Under the pieces are notes generated by a model. It was given only the letters and a program-made list of their open reading frames with translations. It did not search any database and was not told the DNA's origin. Of a DNA stretch of 64,000 nt, positions 57,970 through 64,000 are shown piece by piece. The stretch lies in IMG/VR virus record IMGVR_UViG_3300006065_000007, positions 20,459 to 84,458 of that record. One strand, 5' to 3'. The stretch comes from a virus. The number at the start of each line of letters is the position of its first letter. Position 1 is the stretch's first letter. The translations under genes and the position numbers were made by a program.

Positions 57970-59700
57970 TTAACGTAATGTGTCGATACCAAATACTTGT
58001 AAACCTGCAACTGTGATAACACCAAAGTAACGGTTATTGACCATTTTCTTAGCGTATCTGGTCATAATACCTTTTATTGGTGTAAAGTTGAATGGGTTAT
58101 ACATAGTTGGAGTTAGTTGTAGTGGCACGTATGGTGCGTAAATATAACCAGCATCCAATAGTGATTTACCTTTATGACCAATCAAAATTTTATTTGATGG
58201 GAAGTAAGGATCACGATATACTTGATAACGTCCAGCTAGAGTACCTACTTTTTCAATACCCATGTTGTATTGATCTTGTTCAGGTGCTGCGTTAGATACG
58301 TGGAAGTATTCTAAGTCGTCGAATACAGCTGATACTTCAGAAGAAACAACAATCCAGTTAGCTCCACCACGTAGAGTTGTTTTATGGATTTGAGCAGACA
58401 TTTGATTAATTTTCATAATCAATGTTTGGTTCCAGTCTTTTTGTGTGTAACCAGCAAAAGCTGAACCGTTATTACCATATCTCCATTCGTTATAGTCCCA
58501 TTTAGTAGACCAAGCAGCACCTTTACGAAGGTCACGTAAAATTTCACGGTCAACTTCTGCTGCAATTTGTTCTGATAATAAAGCTGTTAATTCAGCTTCA
58601 GCATCAATATTATGGAACGCACTAACGTCTTGTGCAAGTTCAGGTGACCAAGTTGCTCTTAATTTTCTTTCGGTAACTGATACAGTCACAGATTGTAAAT
58701 CAAAAGATACTTCACCAATTTGGTCTTCGAATTCAAGGTCTTTATAAACTCTGAATACGAAAGTTATAGCGTCGTCAAAATTAGCTGGTAGTTCAACACC
58801 AGTGAAACCTGATGTAGGTGAATATTCTTGTAAATCAACAAAAATATAGATAGAACCTTCTTCATCACAGATGTCGAAGAATTTTCCACCTGGATTTGGT
58901 GGCCAAGCTGCGGTTGTTTTTTGTCCGTATTCTACAATACCTTTTCCGTATTTTTGTGTTACGATATTGAAGTTTTTAGAAACGCCACTATAAAATAGTT
59001 CAGCACCAGCTAAAAATTCTTCAGTATCCATAATAGCACCGTTAGGTCCGATAAGTTTACCTTGTCCGTCTTTAGCGAAACCAGTTAATTTGATTGTTAA
59101 ACCATTAACAGTTTGTCCAACTAAAGTTGCTGGATTAATAGTTTCTACTTTTCCTTCAGTAAACGCTACAATAGTAGCACCGGTTAGAGTTACTGTACTT
59201 AATGCACCTTTTGAATAATCGAATAATCCTGTTTCAGGTGCGTTACCGTCACCAGATTCGTAGAAACGATCATATAGATTACGTGCTGCTGCATCATAAC
59301 CTGCATCAGATGCGTCGGTATTTCCTGGCATTTTATAAGGTGAATAATGATCACCATTATTTCTATCCTGTATTTTAGGAATGAAATAGAATAGTTTACC
59401 AATTGGTAAATTCATTGCTTGTACCGATACAATATCGTTAGCAAGTAATTTAGAGAATACACGTCTGATTATAGGAAAAACTACAGTTTCGAATGAACCT
59501 GAAGCGTCTGAAACAGCTGCTTCATTGATTAAATACGATGCTTGGTTTTCATATAATTGTGCAATATTGTCTCTTAGATAACCGTCTAATCCCTCTAGGA
59601 ATCCTAGGTCGTCCCATTTTCTGATGGTATCTTCTTTGATAACACGTAAATGTTTTAATCCGATGTTACCAACCATACCTGAATCTAATAATGCTCCCAT
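57970..59700 (-). CDS. gp23: Major capsid protein (gp23-like)
   Basis: FPIIRRVF..VSVQAMNLP, RKLRATWSPELAQD..HNIDAEAELT..LSEQI..EVDREIL, YAPYVPL, F.P.KGIMTRY. Confidence 0.97.
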   Translation of the reverse strand: MGALLDSGMVGNIGLKHLRVIKEDTIRKWDDLGFLEGLDGYLRDNIAQLYENQASYLINEAAVSDASGSFETVVFPIIRRVFSKLLANDIVSVQAMNLPIGKLFYFIPKIQDRNNGDHYSPYKMPGNTDASDAGYDAAARNLYDRFYESGDGNAPETGLFDYSKGALSTVTLTGATIVAFTEGKVETINPATLVGQTVNGLTIKLTGFAKDGQGKLIGPNGAIMDTEEFLAGAELFYSGVSKNFNIVTQKYGKGIVEYGQKTTAAWPPNPGGKFFDICDEEGSIYIFVDLQEYSPTSGFTGVELPANFDDAITFVFRVYKDLEFEDQIGEVSFDLQSVTVSVTERKLRATWSPELAQDVSAFHNIDAEAELTALLSEQIAAEVDREILRDLRKGAAWSTKWDYNEWRYGNNGSAFAGYTQKDWNQTLIMKINQMSAQIHKTTLRGGANWIVVSSEVSAVFDDLEYFHVSNAAPEQDQYNMGIEKVGTLAGRYQVYRDPYFPSNKILIGHKGKSLLDAGYIYAPYVPLQLTPTMYNPFNFTPIKGIMTRYAKKMVNNRYFGVITVAGLQVFGIDTLR

Positions 59701-59727
59701 TGTTTAAATTAATTTTTTTTATAAGGT

Positions 59728-60849
59728 TTATTTTATTTTATTTATTTTACCCATTAACTCTTTCATTCTTTTGAATTGAGGATTTTCATAAGCTTTTGAC
59801 TCTGATAATACCTCTTTAGAACTTGAAGTTTGTGGAGTTGAAGAAATTTTATTTGAAACTGATTCTGTTATTGGTTTTTTATTATCTAATTCAGTTTTAA
59901 TTTGTCCATAAAGATTTTTTGATTCTGTTATGGTTGAAACTGTATCAAATCTCTTCAAAATTTCCAATTTCTCTTGTTTTGTTGTTGTGTGTTCAGTAAA
60001 TAATCTAGTTGCATATGCAAGATTAGCGTTAAATACAGCCACTTCGTTAAGTTTTTCTTTGAAAAGAACTAAAGCTTTTTTATATTCATTATTTTGTTTT
60101 TTCAAAGTTTTAACTTGTTCGTTTAATCCTTGAAGTGCATTAGTGCGACCGGCTTTAAACATTTTTTTCTGTCTTGGACCTCTTACACCATATGCAAGTG
60201 TTCTTGCGGCTTCATCAAATTCTGCTTCAGGTTTTTCATCTTCAGATTTTTCATCTTCTTCTTCTTCACCTAGTTCGATTTCATATACGGTTTCTTCACC
60301 ATCTTCTTCGAAACCTTCACCATCTAAATTAAACATATCTTCTTCTTGTTCATCTAATTTAATAATGAAATCTTCATCGTTTACTGTGAATTCAATTTTG
60401 TTTCCATCTTTTTTAACAACAACACCGTCGTCAGGACTCATAGATTTATAAACTTTGATTACTTCTTCATCAGATGCACCAGTCATGTCTAAAACATCGT
60501 CATCATCTTCTAAATTTTCATCACCTAAATTGTCAAGATCATCGTCGTCTTCAGTTGATTCAGGAACCGATGGTTCATCATCTTCTAATCCGTCTAAACC
60601 TTCAACACTTTCTGGTTCATCATCTTTAACTGTTTCAAGATTTTCATCATCAGGATTTAAATCACCTGTTACATCATCTTCAACATCTGTAGGAATTTCT
60701 TCATCATCCTCTTCTTCTTGTTCTTTTAATAAATCGTTTAGTTCTTGTTTCATTGTTGAAGCAAGTATACCTTTTGCGTTTTGTTTTACTGCTTCTTCAA
60801 GTGTTTCTACTTGAAGCAAAGCTTGTTCTAAAATTGATTTTTTTTTCAT
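59728..60849 (-). CDS. Prohead core/scaffold protein (gp22-like)
   Basis: Very acidic, C-terminal coiled coil (LNEVAVFNANLAY); between protease and MCP. Confidence 0.8.
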   Translation of the reverse strand: MKKKSILEQALLQVETLEEAVKQNAKGILASTMKQELNDLLKEQEEEDDEEIPTDVEDDVTGDLNPDDENLETVKDDEPESVEGLDGLEDDEPSVPESTEDDDDLDNLGDENLEDDDDVLDMTGASDEEVIKVYKSMSPDDGVVVKKDGNKIEFTVNDEDFIIKLDEQEEDMFNLDGEGFEEDGEETVYEIELGEEEEDEKSEDEKPEAEFDEAARTLAYGVRGPRQKKMFKAGRTNALQGLNEQVKTLKKQNNEYKKALVLFKEKLNEVAVFNANLAYATRLFTEHTTTKQEKLEILKRFDTVSTITESKNLYGQIKTELDNKKPITESVSNKISSTPQTSSSKEVLSESKAYENPQFKRMKELMGKINKIK

Positions 60850-60931
60850 TTTAATTCAATTGTTTATGTAATAAATATTATGTTTTTTTTAAAAAAATAA
60901 TTTTTTTTTATTATAAATGAAATAATATCTG

Positions 60932-61624
60932 TTATTTAGATAAAAAATCATCTAATTTTCCCATTAAAGATTTCATTTTACCAACTTCAGCTATATCATT
61001 AGATTCAATCGATTCATCATATTTTTCTTTTTCTGATGGATCCGAGAAGACATATGCTCCGGGTGTTGATGGTGATGACACCAAATCAAAACATATTAAT
61101 TCAAAGTCATCTTGAACAATATTCTGTCCTCTAATATTTTTCAATGAACCTACCCCTCTTGATGAAATACCTAAAGTAGCACCATTCATTATCAACATTG
61201 CCGCTTGATCACCTTTAGTACTAACAATACCCATTTTCCTCCAACCAGGGGATGTATAAAGTTTTATTTTACCCATTAGAACATTTCCTTCCCACCATGT
61301 CTCTAATATAGAGTGTGATACTCTATCTAAATCAATCAATGATGATGAAGGGTGGTTTAATTCGTTTAACGCACCACCTTTTTTTATTAAACTTTGATAA
61401 CGTTCATTTTCTCTTTTTAAAACATTTTCAGTATAAATTCTACCATTTTTGTTTGGTACACCATATTTTTGTAATATAGCATAAAGAATAATGTCTTCTG
61501 AAAAATCCATATTTTTCATTTCTGTTATTATTCTTTGATTATATAAATTATCTGGTGAAACATGACCGGCATCATATTCTATAAGTAACTGCCTTCCATC
61601 CTTAAAAGTAATTTCATTTTTCAT
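60932..61624 (-). CDS. gp21: Prohead protease (gp21-like)
   Basis: NKNGRIY, ALNELNHP, DRVSH, GISSRGVGS, DLVSSPSTPGAY. Confidence 0.92.
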   Translation of the reverse strand: MKNEITFKDGRQLLIEYDAGHVSPDNLYNQRIITEMKNMDFSEDIILYAILQKYGVPNKNGRIYTENVLKRENERYQSLIKKGGALNELNHPSSSLIDLDRVSHSILETWWEGNVLMGKIKLYTSPGWRKMGIVSTKGDQAAMLIMNGATLGISSRGVGSLKNIRGQNIVQDDFELICFDLVSSPSTPGAYVFSDPSEKEKYDESIESNDIAEVGKMKSLMGKLDDFLSK

Positions 61625-61684
61625 AACTAATAAATATCTTAATATAGTTAAATATAACTATTAGGTTTTTAATAAAAAGCAATA

Positions 61685-61722
61685 AAAATCCCCTTATCGG
61701 TTTAAACCGATAAGGGGATTTT
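61685..61722. terminator. 38 bp perfect palindrome (terminator or operator)
   Basis: AAAATCCCCTTATCGGTTT|AAACCGATAAGGGGATTTT. Confidence 0.75.
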
Positions 61723-61751
61723 ATAGGTATTTAAACCGATAAATTATATTT

Positions 61752-62180
61752 TTAATTAATGTCCCTTATTTTATGAAAATTAAAAAGATTTTTATTTATA
61801 AGATATTCATCAATAATTGTTCTTATTATATTTCTAATTAATATTTTTATTTCATTAGTTTTTATATCAAATTGATTATCAACATAAAGAGTGATTTCTA
61901 AATTCATAAAAGATTTTTTATATAATTTAATACCTTTAGTTCTAATATCTAAATCAACAATTGTTTCTTTTTTAAATAGATTAATTTTTTGATCTAAAAA
62001 ATAATGTTTTATTCTTCTTCTTGTTTTTTTTATTATTTCATCATAATCGTCATCATCATCAGGTAAAACCCATGAATTAAATTTTAAAAAAATAGTTTTT
62101 AAATTTACAAAATCAACTGTTCCATATCCAATTTTTATATTTTTGTAATATCCCATTGGAATATATTTTCCTTTTTTCAT
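61752..62180 (-). CDS. Hypothetical protein
   Basis: 142 aa ORF in the head module. Confidence 0.6.
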   Translation of the reverse strand: MKKGKYIPMGYYKNIKIGYGTVDFVNLKTIFLKFNSWVLPDDDDDYDEIIKKTRRRIKHYFLDQKINLFKKETIVDLDIRTKGIKLYKKSFMNLEITLYVDNQFDIKTNEIKILIRNIIRTIIDEYLINKNLFNFHKIRDIN

Positions 62181-62289
62181 TTAAATTTTTCATATTAATA
62201 TTTTTATTGTTTAATAAAAATATAACTAAAAAAAATGAATTTTCAAAAAAAAAGATATGAAAATATATAACTTAATATAAATTATGTAA

Positions 62290-62315
62290 AAATGGGTCTT
62301 AAATAAGACCCATTT
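62290..62315 (-). terminator. Terminator overlapping the stop of the 62299 ORF
   Basis: AAATGGGTCTTA-AA-TAAGACCCATTT. Confidence 0.6.
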
Positions 62316-63042
62316 CTAACTCTGTTAATCTGTATAGATTATATTTGGAAGGGGACATCGAATTCACTTCTTCTTTAACTTTTTTAAGTTTTTGACCCAT
62401 TTCATTGTTAACATTTTCAACCAATAAAGTTTCGATTTTATTTAAAACCGATTCCTTTAAACTTAAAACTTCGTTTTTTAATTCTTGAGGTGTTTTATTA
62501 ATTAAAACTTTAAGTTGTTTTTTTTCATCTTCACTTAATGTATTATCATATAAAACATTAAAGTTATTTGTTAATAAATTATATAATAAAGTTTCGTTTG
62601 TAATAAAAATATCGTCATTTTCTTCAATTGTATCCATCTTATTATTTGTGATATATTCAACTAATTTGTTTTTAGCAATAATTTTTTTATCTACATTAAA
62701 TAAATTATCTTTAATTAATAACATATCTAAGTGTTCATATATTTCATTTCTTTCAACCTCAACGTCTTTAAATCTTTTACTTAATGATTTTATTTTAGGT
62801 AAAAGATTTTCACCTTCTGTCATCAACATTGTACTTATTTCGTTAATATATTTCTCCGCCAATGTTTTATCATCAATATGTTTTTTTTCCATATTTTCAT
62901 AAAAGATATACATAGTTTTAATATCTTTATTTTCTTTCAATAAAGAAATTATTTCTTTAACTTCTGACATATTACGATTAGAATATTCGTCAGTCAGTTT
63001 TTTTAAAATCTTATTTTTTAAAGTTCCAAATGTGTTCATCAT
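62299..63042 (-). CDS. Hypothetical prohead-associated protein
   Basis: 247 aa, immediately downstream of portal. Confidence 0.55.
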   Translation of the reverse strand: MMNTFGTLKNKILKKLTDEYSNRNMSEVKEIISLLKENKDIKTMYIFYENMEKKHIDDKTLAEKYINEISTMLMTEGENLLPKIKSLSKRFKDVEVERNEIYEHLDMLLIKDNLFNVDKKIIAKNKLVEYITNNKMDTIEENDDIFITNETLLYNLLTNNFNVLYDNTLSEDEKKQLKVLINKTPQELKNEVLSLKESVLNKIETLLVENVNNEMGQKLKKVKEEVNSMSPSKYNLYRLTELEMGLI

Positions 63043-64000
63043 TTTAATATTTCTTTTAATTTATTTTCTATTTCATAAATATTCTTTTGTGCTTTATTAA
63101 AATCAAAAAGTTCATTTAAATTTATTTTTTTATCTGAAAATAATAATATTTCACTTTCAGATAATGGTTCGGTAGGTACACCTGCTGCTGGTGGTACTGC
63201 ACCCATACCCATATCAGTACCCATACCCATATGACCACCCATAGCTGACATACCACCTAAATCCATTCCACCTTCAGCTGTTTGTGGTTGTAACATTTCT
63301 AATTTTTGTCTTTCTTCTTCCGGAATACCATATTTTTTATCTACTTCATCAAATACACCTGAACGTTTAATTATCATTTGTGAATTTGTTAATTCAAATC
63401 CAATCGCACGTTCAAGTCTTTGTTGTTGTAAATCAAGTATTATTTCACTATCACTCATACCTAATATATTTTTCTTAGCCCAAGTATGTGACGTTGGTAA
63501 AATACCCATATTTGATTGATCTGAAGTCGCATCCTTATATAATGTGATTTTTTCTTTCCATTGTTCTATTCTTAATAAATCAGATTGTGCAGATGGATTA
63601 GTTAACGAAAGACTAAAATTATTTAATTCATCATCTAAACCTAAAATATAAAGATGAATTATTGCAATTTTATTTAATTCTTGTATTAAAGATTTTTGTA
63701 TTCTATTTATTGTTCTAGAAAATCTTATATCCATTAATGCTAAATTTTTTCCATCACCAACAACCTCTTCAAAACCTAAAAATGCTTTTGGTATTCTAAG
63801 TGCAGCTAATAATTTCTTTTGAATATATTGTATGTCGGCAATTTCACCTAAATTTTGTGCTCCCGGTAAAGTTTCTATTGGACTTGTTTGTGATATATCC
63901 CTAACTGGTATGAAAAAGTCTTGATCAACAGCCATTTGATTATATCTCATATCTACCTGACCATTTCTCTGATCGACAATTTGATCTCGTTTAAATTTAT
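63039..64000 (-). CDS. gp20: Portal protein (gp20-like), C-terminal part; 5' end beyond window
   Basis: Frame open to the edge: KFKRDQIVDQRNGQVDMRYNQMAVDQDFFIPVR..IETLPGAQNLGEIADIQYIQKKL..AL.IP. Confidence 0.92.
   Translation of the reverse strand, partial: KFKRDQIVDQRNGQVDMRYNQMAVDQDFFIPVRDISQTSPIETLPGAQNLGEIADIQYIQKKLLAALRIPKAFLGFEEVVGDGKNLALMDIRFSRTINRIQKSLIQELNKIAIIHLYILGLDDELNNFSLSLTNPSAQSDLLRIEQWKEKITLYKDATSDQSNMGILPTSHTWAKKNILGMSDSEIILDLQQQRLERAIGFELTNSQMIIKRSGVFDEVDKKYGIPEEERQKLEMLQPQTAEGGMDLGGMSAMGGHMGMGTDMGMGAVPPAAGVPTEPLSESEILLFSDKKINLNELFDFNKAQKNIYEIENKLKEILK

Noticed and set aside
59930-60814. Plus-strand Ser-rich ORFs
   Set aside because: Antisense to the acidic scaffold gene (GAA/GAT codons read as Ser/Phe).
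1-64000. Alternative genetic code (TAG/TGA recoding as in some large phages)
   Set aside because: Long conserved genes are intact in code 11, and TAG and TGA serve as normal stops; the one broken gene has a TAA and a frameshift.
1-64000. Integrase/tyrosine recombinase and tRNA genes
   Set aside because: No ORF shows the R-K-H-R-H/W-Y catalytic set and no tRNA was recognised by eye; a formal HMM and tRNAscan run is still needed.

Overview
A very AT-rich 64 kb segment of a large T4-like (myovirus, probably jumbo) phage read in the standard genetic code. A Bacteroidota host is inferred from TTTG-N20-TAnnTTTG promoters and A-rich starts lacking Shine-Dalgarno sequences. The window holds head genes (portal C-terminus, prohead protease, scaffold, major capsid), neck and tail genes (neck, terminator, sheath, tube, chaperone, tape measure, large baseplate proteins) and replication or nucleotide genes (RecA/UvsX, gp32-like SSB, PolB, intein-containing SNF2 helicase, dUTPase, dCMP deaminase, PhoH). 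It also holds a sigma factor, three glycosyltransferases, a WYL protein and lysis-type genes. The main unexplained structure is at about 34.5-36.7 kb: an integron-like array of attC-like foldback sites. Three cassettes show exact 9-10 bp complementarity between the att site's inner core box and the cassette's far end, one two-gene cassette is nested in the opposite orientation, and no integrase is visible in the window. Other highlights are a candidate +1 frameshift (UUU_UUU_CGU) in the tail chaperone gene, an 11x9 bp CTAG array with CTAG-centred palindromes, an endonuclease/Mom-like GNAT fusion, and a TATTTAT(A/T) candidate late promoter. All family assignments come from motif recognition by eye; no database search was run.
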